Source: Acidobacteriota bacterium
Lineage (GTDB): Bacteria; Acidobacteriota; UBA4820; DSQY01
Reading direction: 5' to 3'
Assembly: GCA_049967655.1 (NCBI GenBank)
Contig: JBMFSH010000030.1
Span: 1-34,346, forward strand
DNA: 34,346 nt
The notes under the pieces are model-generated. The model did no database searches. It was not told the origin of the DNA and saw only the letters and a program-made list of their open reading frames with translations. Positions within the stretch are counted from its first letter, which is position 1; the number at the start of each line of letters is the position of its first letter. Below, piece after piece: positions 1-9,058 of this stretch. A program made the position numbers and the translations under genes.

Positions 1-1490
1 TTCTGCCGTTCGAAGACGGCCTTGAGGCCGATCTTGTCGGAGCTCTTGACGTAGGCCTCCTCGGGGGTGATGAGGCCGCGCTTGACGAGGTCCACCAGCG
101 AGTCGTTCATGGTGACGTTGCCGGCGGCCCGCTGGGTCTGCATGAGTGAGGCGATCTGGAAGGTCTTGCCCTCGCGGATGAGGTTGGCGATGGCGCTGCT
201 CACGAGCAGGATTTCGTAGGCCGCCACCCGCCCTCCGCCCACCTTCTTGCAGAGCGTCTGGGAGATGACCCCCTTCAGCGTCTCCGAGAGCATGACGCGG
301 ATCTGGGACTGGCGGTCGGCCGGGAACTGGTCGATGATCCGGTCCACCGTGGAGGCCGCCGTGCTGGTGTGGAGAGTGCCGAAGACGAGGTGGCCCGTCT
401 CCGCCGTCTCGATGGCGATGGCCACCGTCTCCAGGTCGCGCATCTCGCCCACGAGCACGATGTCCGGGTCCTCCCGGAGGGCGGCCCGCAGGGCACGCTT
501 GAAGCTCTGCGTGTGCGTCCCAACCTCCCGCTGGTTGATGAGGCATCGCTTGTTTTTGTGCACGAACTCCACCGGGTCCTCGATGGTGACGATGTGGTCG
601 GTGCGGTTCCGGTTGACGTAGTCCACCAGCGAGGCGAGCGTGGTGGACTTGCCCGAGCCCGTCGGCCCCGTCACCACGACAAAGCCCTTGCTGAGCCAGC
701 AGAGGTCAACGACCTCCTTGGAGAGGCCCAGCTGCTCGACGGACCAGATTTCGGTGGGGATCTGCCGGAAGACACCGCCCATGCCGAAGCGGTCCCTGAA
801 AAGGTTGCACCGGAAGCGCGCAAGCCCCTCCATCTGGTAGGCGAAGTCCGTGTCGCGGGTCTCCTCGTACTCCTTGCGGTTCTTCTCCGGGCAGATGGGG
901 AGGAGCAGCCCGGCCATCTGCTCGGGGGTGATGGCGGGGTGATCCATCCTCACGATTTCCCCGCTGATCCTCAGGATGGGAGGCTCACCCGTCGTGAGGT
1001 GGAGGTCCGAGGCTCCCCGGCCCACCATCTCTACGAAGAGAGCCTCGATGGGGCGGTTGGGATCGGTGGCAAAGCTGGCGGCCGCGGGCGCTGTCGGAGC
1101 GGGAGGCGCGGGAGCGGGAGCCGCATGGACGGAAGGCGAGGGCGGCCGCGGGCCCGGTGGAGGGGCGGCGGCAGCGGGAGGAGGCGGGGCAGCCTTGGCG
1201 TGCTCCTCGGGCGTCACGCGCGCGATGAGCGCACCGCCCGGGAAGGCCACCTGAACGAGGAAGCCCCTGTAGATGAAACGACACACACTCCTTGTGTCCA
1301 GGAGAGCCTGCTCCGCCGGGCCGGCCATCTCCTTGAGGTAGGCCAGGAGCTGGGGCTCGGCGAGGGGGGCCTTGAGGACGGGCACGGTGCCGCCCTCCAG
1401 GACAAAATGCGGGATCTCTCCCGATTGCAGCTCCAGGGATTGCGCCCCACGCGCCGCCATAGCCTCCAAGATCTTGTCGAAGGCCGCCAT
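1..1490 (-). CDS. pilT: Type IV pilus twitching motility ATPase PilT with an extra N-terminal domain and Pro/Ala linker; 3' end runs off the window
   Basis: Translated by hand from ATG at 1490 (not in the ORF track because there is no stop in the window). Contains GASDLHL, Walker A GPTGSGKSTT, TIEDPVE, ALREDPDIVLVGEMRD, GHLVFGTLHT and AIANLIRE (PilT AIRNLIRE-like motif). Confidence 0.9.
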   Translation of the reverse strand, partial: MAAFDKILEAMAARGAQSLELQSGEIPHFVLEGGTVPVLKAPLAEPQLLAYLKEMAGPAEQALLDTRSVCRFIYRGFLVQVAFPGGALIARVTPEEHAKAAPPPPAAAAPPPGPRPPSPSVHAAPAPAPPAPTAPAAASFATDPNRPIEALFVEMVGRGASDLHLTTGEPPILRISGEIVRMDHPAITPEQMAGLLLPICPEKNRKEYEETRDTDFAYQMEGLARFRCNLFRDRFGMGGVFRQIPTEIWSVEQLGLSKEVVDLCWLSKGFVVVTGPTGSGKSTTLASLVDYVNRNRTDHIVTIEDPVEFVHKNKRCLINQREVGTHTQSFKRALRAALREDPDIVLVGEMRDLETVAIAIETAETGHLVFGTLHTSTAASTVDRIIDQFPADRQSQIRVMLSETLKGVISQTLCKKVGGGRVAAYEILLVSSAIANLIREGKTFQIASLMQTQRAAGNVTMNDSLVDLVKRGLITPEEAYVKSSDKIGLKAVFERQ

Positions 1491-1491
1491 G

Positions 1492-1965
1492 CTACCCCTC
1501 CACCACTTCGATGGCCATGACCCACTTCAAGTTCACGAGGTGCAGTCCAGAATCCGCCTCCAGCGGGAGGAACCCGGTCTCTCGGTTGACCACGTCCGAA
1601 ACCCGCTGCTCGCCCTCCGGCGCGATGGCGTAGAGGATCCCCACCAGCGGCTCCCCCTCCGCGAAGCGGCATCGGATCCGATGGGTCGGGGCGCCCAGCC
1701 TCGCCTCGTAGAAGTACCACTCCACCTCCGCCGGCTCCTCCACCAGGACCCACCGCACCGCGTCCTTTCGGAGCAGGACGAGTCCGTTCCCCTCCTCCAG
1801 CACGGGGAGGAAGGGTTCGGGGCTTCCCAGGAGGTCGCTGACGGTCTCCCGGCCGCGGTGGGTCTGGGCCGAAGGCGAGAGAAAGAGGACGCGCTCCACC
1901 ACGCCGGAGGCGCCGAGATTCAGGCGGACCCTGGCGCGCTCCTTGGGCACCTTGTAGTCGCTCAT
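1492..1965 (-). CDS. Hypothetical protein with two internal repeat domains
   Basis: 157-aa ORF with AAGGAGAGG RBS upstream; stop lies 1 bp before the pilT start. Two similar halves: VSDLLGSPEPFLPV..GLVLL and VSDVVNRETGFLPL..GLHLV. Confidence 0.75.
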   Translation of the reverse strand: MSDYKVPKERARVRLNLGASGVVERVLFLSPSAQTHRGRETVSDLLGSPEPFLPVLEEGNGLVLLRKDAVRWVLVEEPAEVEWYFYEARLGAPTHRIRCRFAEGEPLVGILYAIAPEGEQRVSDVVNRETGFLPLEADSGLHLVNLKWVMAIEVVEG

Positions 1966-2171
1966 GGCCTCTCCTTACGCCCCCACCCTACACCATGCGC
2001 GGGCTGGCGGTCGAGGCCGCCTGGCAGGCTCCCCTGGAGATGGGCAGGTGAACAAAGGTGCCTCGCGGCCGGAACCGCACTCCTCTTCGGCCCCGGGCAA
2101 CGGGGGCGGTATCAAGGATTGTTTTGTCCGGCGGTGCCGGCCCGGGAGAGGGCAGGCGCCTAATGTTGATG

Positions 2172-2192
2172 AAAAACCGCGCCTCCGCGGTT
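2172..2192 (-). terminator. Probable intrinsic terminator after yceI
   Basis: Inverted repeat AACCGCG-cctc-CGCGGTT with an A-run on the + strand (U-tract on the - strand), about 15 bp after the yceI stop. Confidence 0.55.
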
Positions 2193-2206
2193 CCGGACGC
2201 GCGCCC

Positions 2207-2857
2207 TCAGCCCGCCTTGCCGGCCTTGCCCGCCTTCTTCGGCGGCGCTTCGAGCTTCCGCACGCCCTCGATGTGGATGGTGATCTCCACGTCATCGCCC
2301 AGGAGCAGGCCGCCGTCGTCCAACACCTTGTTCCAGGTGATGCCGTAGTCCTTGCGGTCCAGCGAGGTGTGGAGGGAGAAGCCGATGCGCTCGTTGCCCC
2401 ACGGGTCCTTGACCTTGCCCGTGAAGGCGACGGGCAGGACCACCTCCCGCGTGACCCCGTGCATGGTCAGCTTCCCGTGGACGTCGTAGAGGTCCTTGCC
2501 CTTGGGTACGATCTTGGTGCTCGCGAAGGTGATGGTCGGGTATTTGTCGACGTCGAAGAAGTTGGCCGAGCGTAGGTCCTTGTCCCGCATCTCCACGTGG
2601 GTGTCGATGGAGCCCGCCTGGATGGTGAACTGCACGGAGGAGGAGGCGGGATCCTTCGGATCGGCCTGGATGCTGCCCGAGAACCGGTTGAACTGACCCT
2701 GCACCCTGGAGATCAGGTGGCGGATGCTGAACCCCACGGATGAGTTGGCCGGGTCGATCTGAAAGGTCTGGGCGGGCTCCGCCGCGAGCAGGCCCACGGC
2801 GGTGAGCGTCGCGGCGGCCACGAGGAGCATCGGAAATCGGACGGTCCTTTTCATCAT
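2207..2857 (-). CDS. YceI-family periplasmic lipid/polyisoprenoid-binding protein
   Basis: Signal peptide, then IDPANSSVGFSIRHL, GQFNRFSG, SIDT..RDKDLRSANFFDVDKYPTITF, GKLTMHGVTREV and DRKDYGI motifs. Start trimmed to MMKRT after an AGGAGAG RBS. Confidence 0.92.
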   Translation of the reverse strand: MMKRTVRFPMLLVAAATLTAVGLLAAEPAQTFQIDPANSSVGFSIRHLISRVQGQFNRFSGSIQADPKDPASSSVQFTIQAGSIDTHVEMRDKDLRSANFFDVDKYPTITFASTKIVPKGKDLYDVHGKLTMHGVTREVVLPVAFTGKVKDPWGNERIGFSLHTSLDRKDYGITWNKVLDDGGLLLGDDVEITIHIEGVRKLEAPPKKAGKAGKAG

Positions 2858-3029
2858 TTTCTCTCCTGTTCGACTGCGGCAGCGCCGTGCGAAGCGGCCG
2901 CTCAGACGTCTTCCGGCCCGCACCGCCTCACGGGAAGCAACGGCGGGGCCAGGCGTTTATTTCCCCCCGCGCTTCGAACTCCTCCGCTGGTGGGCCTGGA
3001 AGGACCTGCTGGCTCTCCCGTCCTGCTCC

Positions 3030-4253
3030 TCATCCCTCCGCGGCCACGGCGGAACGCGCGGCGTCCTGCCGCTTGGCCTCCTGCGCTCGCCGCAGCATGA
3101 GGAGCGCCAGCACCCACGAGACCGCCACCACCGCGGCGGCCGTGAGATAGGGCGCCGGGACGCCGATGCTCTCGAAGGCGTAGACGCCCCAGAAGGGCCC
3201 CGTGATGCGGGCCAGGGAGGACATGGACTGGTAGAGGCCCAGAACGCCTCCCTGCTCGTTGGCCGAGGAGAGCCTGGAGACCAGCGAGGAGAGGGTGGGC
3301 TGCACGAGCCCGGCTCCCAGGGCAAGAGGCATGAGGAAGACCATGAGGAGGGGCACGGAGTGTGCCACGAGCATGAGGAGGTAGGAGGGGATCAAAATCA
3401 GCGTGCCCGCCACCACCAGGCGTCGCTCGCCGAAGGCCTTGGTCAGTCTTCCAATCAGGCCGCCCTGCACCACAGCCGCCAGAACGCCGACAAAAACGAA
3501 GAGGTAGGTGACGTGGGTGACGCTCAGGTCCAGCCGATGGTTCAAAAAGAGCGCGAAGGTGGACTCGAAGTTGGCGAAGGCGAAGGTGGAGAGGAAGAAG
3601 ATCAGGAGAACCAGTCCGATCTGCGGGTGGCTCAGGGCGTCGCGCAGGGCCTTGGCGGAAAACCAGCCCCGCTTGGGCAGGGAGGCGCGGCCGGCCCTGC
3701 TGTCCGCGGTCCACGTTTCGGGCAGCCAGAAGGTCGCCACGATCAGCGCCGTGAAGGAGAGCCCCGCCGCGAAGAATCCCGGCCATCGCTCTCCGTAGTG
3801 GACCGCCAGCCCTCCGATGGCCGGCCCCAGGATGAAGCCGAGGCCGAAAGCCGCCCCCACCAGCCCCATACCGCGGGCCCGCTTCTCCGGCGGCGTCACA
3901 TCCGCGATGACCGCCTGCGCCGTGGAGACGTTGGCTCCCATGGCGCCCGCCACGACGCGCGAGAGGAAGAGGAGCACGAGCGAGTTCTGGAGCCCAAAGA
4001 GAAGGTACCCGAGACATGATCCCACGAGGGAAAGGAGCAGGATGGGCCGCCGGCCGAAACGGTCCGAAAGCCTCCCCAGTACCGGGGCGAAGAGAAACTG
4101 CATGAGCGAGTAGATGGCCATGAGAAGGCCGAACACGACCGGGCTGGGGTGGTACCTCTGGCCGTAGAGCGGCAGCAGCGGGATCACGATGCCGAACCCC
4201 ATCAGGTCGATGAAGACCACGAGAAAGACGATCAGGAGGGTGGGCTTTTTCAA
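3030..4253 (-). CDS. MFS transporter, TetA/DHA1 drug:H+ antiporter family
   Basis: About 12 hydrophobic segments, motif A GRLSDRFGRRP, antiporter motif GFILGPAIGG; TTG start with AGGAG RBS. Confidence 0.92.
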   Translation of the reverse strand: MKKPTLLIVFLVVFIDLMGFGIVIPLLPLYGQRYHPSPVVFGLLMAIYSLMQFLFAPVLGRLSDRFGRRPILLLSLVGSCLGYLLFGLQNSLVLLFLSRVVAGAMGANVSTAQAVIADVTPPEKRARGMGLVGAAFGLGFILGPAIGGLAVHYGERWPGFFAAGLSFTALIVATFWLPETWTADSRAGRASLPKRGWFSAKALRDALSHPQIGLVLLIFFLSTFAFANFESTFALFLNHRLDLSVTHVTYLFVFVGVLAAVVQGGLIGRLTKAFGERRLVVAGTLILIPSYLLMLVAHSVPLLMVFLMPLALGAGLVQPTLSSLVSRLSSANEQGGVLGLYQSMSSLARITGPFWGVYAFESIGVPAPYLTAAAVVAVSWVLALLMLRRAQEAKRQDAARSAVAAEG

Positions 4254-4310
4254 GGGTTCAGTCTCCTAGGTTGAAGGGTTTGGAGAGACGGCGCGAGCCC
4301 CGGGGTGCGC

Positions 4311-6038
4311 TCACGGGGCTTCAAGGGGGACGAGGCTGAAGCGCTCCACGTCCACGAGGCCCTTGTCCGTGAGCTTGAGGCTCGGAATCACCGGAAGGGC
4401 GATGAAGGCCAGAGTCATGAAGGGGGCGGGGAGCGGGCAGCCGCATTCGCGCGCCGCCTCGTGGATCTGCTGGAGGGAGCCAGCCACCTCCACCGCCCCG
4501 GCGGTGGACATGAGGCCCGCCACGGGCAGGGAGAGGGTGGCCAGAACGCGCCCCTCGCACACCACCGCGAAGCCGCCGCCCATGGTGGCCACGACCTTCG
4601 CGGCGTGCGCCATCTCGTGGGGCGAAACCCCGACCGCCACGCAGTTGTGGCTGTCGTGGCTCACCGTGCTCGCGAAGGCCCCCGTCTTCAGGCCGAAGCC
4701 GGAGACGAAGCCGAGCCCCACGTTGCCGGTGCCGCGGTGGCGCTCGATCACGGCGGCGAATTGGAGAGGCTTGGAGGCCCCCGCCTCCGCCGCGTTTCCC
4801 GTTTCGCTCCTCGTGGTGATCTGCGCCGGCTCCACGCCGATGACCCTCACGCGGCCGGAGGCGGGGAAGCGGCCCAGCCGCGCTTCAAGGTCGGGCGGCA
4901 AGTGGACCGAGGAGAGGATCCCGGCCGCCTCCCTCCGGGCGATGGGGGCCAGCAGGCGTCCCTCCTCCGCCACCTTGAGCCCGTCGTGGTAGACCGAGAG
5001 GACCTCGAAATCCCGCAGGTCCCGCAGCACCACCAGATCAGCGCGGAAGCCGGGCCCGATGCCGCCGCGGTCCCTGAAGCCGTAGAGGACGGCGGGGTTG
5101 AGCGTAACGGCGCGCAGGGCCCAGAGCGGGTCCAGCCCGGCCCTCACGGCCACCCGGAGGGCGTGGTCCAGGTGCCCCTCGCGCACCAGGTCGTCGGGAT
5201 GGCGGTCGTCGGAGGCGATACAGACCCGGTGCAGGTTGCCGGCCGTGACCGCGGGAGCCAGGGAGGCCAGGTTTTTGGCCACGGAGCCCTCGCGCAGGAG
5301 CACCCACATGCCCCTCCTGAGCTTGGCCAGGGCCTCCTCCGTGCTCCCGCACTCGTGGTCCGTCAGGATCGCCGCGTTCAGGTAGGCATCCAGGTCTCGC
5401 CCCTGAAGGCCGGGAGAGTGGCCGTCCACCATGAGTCCCCGGCGCTGGGCCGCGAGCACCTTGGCGAGAACCTCGGGAACCCCGTGAATCACTCCGGGGA
5501 AGTTCATCATCTCCGAGAGGGCCACCACGTCCGGGTAGGCCCCCATGGCGCCATCCAGGTCGGCCGCCTCCAGCGACGCGCCGGCCGTCTCCATGTGGGT
5601 CGCCGGCACGCAGGAGGGAAGGGTGAAAAAGAGGTCCACGGGAAGGCCCTCGGCGGCCCGCCTCATGTAGGCGTAGCCATGGAGCCCCAGAACGTTCACG
5701 ATCTCGTGCGGGTCGCTCACGGTGGCTCCGGTCCCGTGCGGCACCACGGCTTCGGCGAAGCCCTCCGGCGTAAGCATGGAGGATTCCACGTGGATGTGGG
5801 GGTCGGTGAAGGCCGGGCTGAGGTAGGCGCCCTTCAGGTCCACCACCTCGCGCGCCCTGCGCTCGCCGCCCCCCAGGGCGCACACCCTGCCCTCGGCCAC
5901 CGACACCGTGGTCTCCAGGATCTCTCCGGTGAAGGTGGAGACGACCCGGCCGTTGACGAAGAGGAGGTCGGCCGGCTCCTCGCCCCGGGCCACGCGAATC
6001 CGCTTGGAGAGAGACCCGATCCCCGTTTCCGCCGTCAT
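4311..6038 (-). CDS. ade: Adenine deaminase (amidohydrolase family)
   Basis: 575 aa with DPHIHVESS, SDPHEIVNV, LPSCVPAT, EMMNFPGV, DGHSP, DHEC, REGS, SDDRHP and HDSHN motifs typical of AdeC. Confidence 0.95.
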   Translation of the reverse strand: MTAETGIGSLSKRIRVARGEEPADLLFVNGRVVSTFTGEILETTVSVAEGRVCALGGGERRAREVVDLKGAYLSPAFTDPHIHVESSMLTPEGFAEAVVPHGTGATVSDPHEIVNVLGLHGYAYMRRAAEGLPVDLFFTLPSCVPATHMETAGASLEAADLDGAMGAYPDVVALSEMMNFPGVIHGVPEVLAKVLAAQRRGLMVDGHSPGLQGRDLDAYLNAAILTDHECGSTEEALAKLRRGMWVLLREGSVAKNLASLAPAVTAGNLHRVCIASDDRHPDDLVREGHLDHALRVAVRAGLDPLWALRAVTLNPAVLYGFRDRGGIGPGFRADLVVLRDLRDFEVLSVYHDGLKVAEEGRLLAPIARREAAGILSSVHLPPDLEARLGRFPASGRVRVIGVEPAQITTRSETGNAAEAGASKPLQFAAVIERHRGTGNVGLGFVSGFGLKTGAFASTVSHDSHNCVAVGVSPHEMAHAAKVVATMGGGFAVVCEGRVLATLSLPVAGLMSTAGAVEVAGSLQQIHEAARECGCPLPAPFMTLAFIALPVIPSLKLTDKGLVDVERFSLVPLEAP

Positions 6039-6111
6039 CTGCTCCTCCCTGCCTCAGAGTTCATGGAGAGGGATTTCTCTTGGAGGTGCCGCCGCACCGC
6101 CGGCTGGAGGC

Positions 6112-6870
6112 CTACGCCTCGTTCTCCACCTCAATGAAGAACGCCTCGAGGCCCAACTCTCTTTCCAGGTGCGCGGCGAGGGCGCGAATGCCCACCCTCT
6201 CGGTGGCGTAGTGGCCGAGAGCGGCGAAGCCGAGGCCCTCCTCGCGGCAGAGGTAGGTGACCGGTTCGGAGGCCTCCCCCGTGACGTAGGCGTCCAGTCC
6301 CTGTGCGACGGCCTGCTCCGCCTCCCGAGCGGCGCCGCCCGAGACGATGCCCACCGTCTCCACCTCGTCCCGCAGCGGGGGAATCGCCAGGGCCCTGTGC
6401 CCGTAATAGGCCTCCAGGCGGGCCAGGAAGGCGTCCCACGGCTCGGGACCCGGCAGCGACCCTCGGACGCCGATGGCCGAGCCCTTGTAGTCGCAGAAGG
6501 GGGCGACCTCCCTAAGACCCAGCTCCCGCGCCGCCACGGCGTTGTTGCCCACCTCCGGGTGGGCGTCCAGGGGCAGGTGGTAGGCGAGGAGGTTGAGTTC
6601 GGCGTCGAAGAGGAGCCCCAGCCGCCGGCGGAGGAGCCCCACCACCGGCCTGGCGCCCTCCCCTTTCCAGAGGAGGCCGTGGTGGACCACGAGGGCGTCG
6701 ACACCGCCCTGGGCCGCCCGCTCGAAGGCCTCCGAGCAGGCGGAGACCGCAAAGGCCGCGCGGCGCACTTCCTCCCTCCCCTCCACCTGGAGCCCGTTCA
6801 GGGAGGCGTCCTCGTAGAGCTCCACCTTGAGGTAGCTCGCCAGGTACCGTTCCAGTTCGGACCGCTTCAT
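6112..6870 (-). CDS. Nif3-like dinuclear metal centre protein (YbgI/DUF34)
   Basis: NGLQVEG, VVHHGLLW, YHLPLDAHPEVGNN, YVTGE and GHYATE motifs. Confidence 0.93.
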   Translation of the reverse strand: MKRSELERYLASYLKVELYEDASLNGLQVEGREEVRRAAFAVSACSEAFERAAQGGVDALVVHHGLLWKGEGARPVVGLLRRRLGLLFDAELNLLAYHLPLDAHPEVGNNAVAARELGLREVAPFCDYKGSAIGVRGSLPGPEPWDAFLARLEAYYGHRALAIPPLRDEVETVGIVSGGAAREAEQAVAQGLDAYVTGEASEPVTYLCREEGLGFAALGHYATERVGIRALAAHLERELGLEAFFIEVENEA

Positions 6871-6897
6871 GCCCCCTCCCGCCGGATGTGCCGGTGG

Positions 6898-7641
6898 TCA
6901 ATCATCCGGACCCGCCGTGCGGAGGAAGACCTCGGCGGCCCGGATGTCCTCGGGCGAGTCCACGGCGCAGCCCGGCCACTGGACCCGGGCGGCCCGGATC
7001 ATCGCGCCCCTCTCCAGCGCCCGGAGCTGTTCGAGGCTCTCCGTGCACTCGAGTGTACCGCGGGGCCAGCTCGTGAAGGCCGCCAGGAACTCCTTCCGGA
7101 AGGCGTAGATGCCCACGTGCCGCCAGAGGGGCGCCCTCTCGAAGGCCACCTCGCGACAGAAGGGCACGGGGCTGCGGGAAAAGTAGAGGCAGAGGCCCTC
7201 CTCGCCCAACGCCACCTTGACCACGTTGGGATTATCGAATTCCTCCCGGCTCCGGATCGGCGCCACAAGCGTGCCCATGGGCAGTGAAGGATCCCGGGAC
7301 ATGAGCTCCAGCAGCGCCTCCAGGGCCGAGGGATCGAGGGTAGGCTCGTCGCCCTGGAGGTTCAGGACCACGTCGCACTCCATTCCCCTGACCGCGGCTT
7401 GGACCCGGTCGGAGCCCGTGGGACAATCCACCGGAGTCATCACGGCCTCGCCCCCGAAGCTCACCACCTCCCGTGCGATGCGTTCGTCGTCAGTGGCCAC
7501 CACCAGTCTGTCCAGGCCCCTCGCCCGCGCGGCCCGCTCCCAGACCCACCGGATCATAGGCCTGCCGAGGATGGGGGCCAGGGGTTTTCCCGGGAACCGC
7601 GAGGAACCGTAGCGTGCCGGGATAACGGCGACGGTGCGCAT
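6898..7641 (-). CDS. kdsB: 3-deoxy-manno-octulosonate cytidylyltransferase (CMP-KDO synthetase)
   Basis: IPARYGSSRFPGKPL, VATDDERI, GSDR, NLQGDEP, YFSRSP, HVGIYAF and ESLEQLRALE motifs. Confidence 0.96.
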   Translation of the reverse strand: MRTVAVIPARYGSSRFPGKPLAPILGRPMIRWVWERAARARGLDRLVVATDDERIAREVVSFGGEAVMTPVDCPTGSDRVQAAVRGMECDVVLNLQGDEPTLDPSALEALLELMSRDPSLPMGTLVAPIRSREEFDNPNVVKVALGEEGLCLYFSRSPVPFCREVAFERAPLWRHVGIYAFRKEFLAAFTSWPRGTLECTESLEQLRALERGAMIRAARVQWPGCAVDSPEDIRAAEVFLRTAGPDD

Positions 7642-7658
7642 GCTTCCTCCCGAATTTC

Positions 7659-7667
7659 ATTGTACCA
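7659..7667 (-). promoter_or_regulatory. Extended -10 promoter candidate for the kdsB operon
   Basis: Minus strand reads TGgTACAAT, followed by a GGAGG RBS and the kdsB ATG. Confidence 0.45.
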
Positions 7668-7813
7668 AAGCGGCCACGGGCCGGCCACGAACGGGGATGG
7701 ACCTTTTGCCGCAGCGCCATTTGCCTTGGGTCTTCCTGGAGATGCCGTGAGTTCGAGATGAGGAGATGAGGGGATTTCGAGAAGAACCGGAGTACCGTGA
7801 AGCTGTGGGTCTC

Positions 7814-7850
7814 CCCATGTCCCCTGTGCCATGTCCCCTGTCCCATGTCC
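7814..7850. repeat. 7-bp tandem repeat, 5 units (SCCMTGT)
   Basis: CCCATGT CCCCTGT GCCATGT CCCCTGT CCCATGT read directly. A degenerate 8-bp GNGA-periodic tract lies just upstream at 7739-7786. Confidence 0.8.
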
Positions 7851-7878
7851 TCACCCCCACCGCCGAGCCCTCTTTCCC

Positions 7879-7906
7879 TTGACAGGGCGGCTCATCCGCG
7901 TAGAAT
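7879..7906 (+). promoter_or_regulatory. Sigma70-type promoter candidate for the Ig-like lipoprotein
   Basis: TTGACA-16 bp-TAGAAT, about 90 bp upstream of the ATG at 7997. Confidence 0.6.
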
Positions 7907-7996
7907 TTCAGGAGGTAAGGTCACCCGGCCACCCGGGAGCGGCGGCCGCTGGAAAGGCTGACGGGGCGGTGCCCGCCCTCGAAGGAGGCTGTAGAG

Positions 7997-8827
7997 ATGA
8001 GGGGGAAGTTCTGGGGAGGCTGGGCTCTGGCCGTGGTCGTTTTGGCGGCCGTCGGTTGCTCCAGACCGACGAAGGTCGAGGTCAGGCCGGACCACGTCAT
8101 TCTCCGAGAGGCTGGCGGCAGGAAAAATCTCCTGGTCACGGTTCTGGATCAGAAGGGCCGCCCCATGGACAAGGCCAAGGTCACCTTCGCCAGCTCGGCG
8201 CCCGACGTGGCCGAGGTGGATGCGTCCGGAGTCGTCAAGGCCAAGAGTTCCGGAGAGGCGATCATCAGCGCCACTTGCGGCAAGGCCACGGGGGCGGCCC
8301 GGGTGGACGTGAAGATCGTCTCCTCCCTCAAGCTCGCCCTGCCCGATTCGGGCTCCGTCGGGCCCGTCAACACCGTGGTCCCCCTCCTGGTCTCGGGCAA
8401 GACTGACCAGGGGGAGAAGGCGGAGCTGGACGGGATCGTCTTCAACTCCTCGGCTCCCCAGGTTGCCGCGGTGGACGGCAAGGGCGACCTGACGCTCCTC
8501 TCCACGGGTGACACGGTGATCACGGCCACCATCGGGAAGACCACGGCGACCCTCCCCGTGAAGGTGCAAATCGAGGTGCCGGCGGCGGTCAAGGTGGACA
8601 AGCCCACCCAGGAGGTGCGCCTGGGCGAACCGTCCCCCCTCGATTTTACGGTTCTCTCGGACCTCGGCCGGCCCATGAAGTCTGTCCCGCTCACCTGCAC
8701 CTCGTCCAACGAGAAGGTTCTGCGGGTGGACGCCAACGGTACGGCCACGGGCGTGGGCAGGGGGACGGCCGTGGTGACGATCACCGCCGGGACGGCCAAG
8801 AACACCATCAGGGTGGTGGTCCGCTAG
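7997..8827 (+). CDS. Lipoprotein with three bacterial Ig-like (Big_2) domains
   Basis: Lipobox-like LAAVGC. Three repeats: FASSAPDVAEVDASGVVKAKSSGEAII, FNSSAPQVAAVDGKGDLTLLSTGDTVI, CTSSNEKVLRVDANGTATGVGRGTAVV. Confidence 0.88.
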   Translation: MRGKFWGGWALAVVVLAAVGCSRPTKVEVRPDHVILREAGGRKNLLVTVLDQKGRPMDKAKVTFASSAPDVAEVDASGVVKAKSSGEAIISATCGKATGAARVDVKIVSSLKLALPDSGSVGPVNTVVPLLVSGKTDQGEKAELDGIVFNSSAPQVAAVDGKGDLTLLSTGDTVITATIGKTTATLPVKVQIEVPAAVKVDKPTQEVRLGEPSPLDFTVLSDLGRPMKSVPLTCTSSNEKVLRVDANGTATGVGRGTAVVTITAGTAKNTIRVVVR

Positions 8828-9058
8828 CTCCGTTCACCGCGGTGTCCACGGCTCATCAATCAGGGACTACCGGCGTCCCCGCCGGCGAGGCACCAAGGGT
8901 GGGGTGAGGCTCCATGGGCTTGGCTCGTGGAGCGGGGAGGGAATAGCCCTTCCCGCCAAATAGACAACCTCTTTTCCCTGGTGAACGACAACTTGTCTCG
9001 AAGGCAACGCTCTTTTAATCGCGGAGTTTGAGTTCTAGGATCTCCCAAGGAGGCCGCT

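Noticed and set aside
7907..7996. Riboswitch or small ORF in the lipoprotein leader (AGGAGGT right after the promoter)
   Set aside because: No start codon at a suitable distance from this RBS-like sequence and no riboswitch consensus I could recognise; a covariance-model search would be needed.
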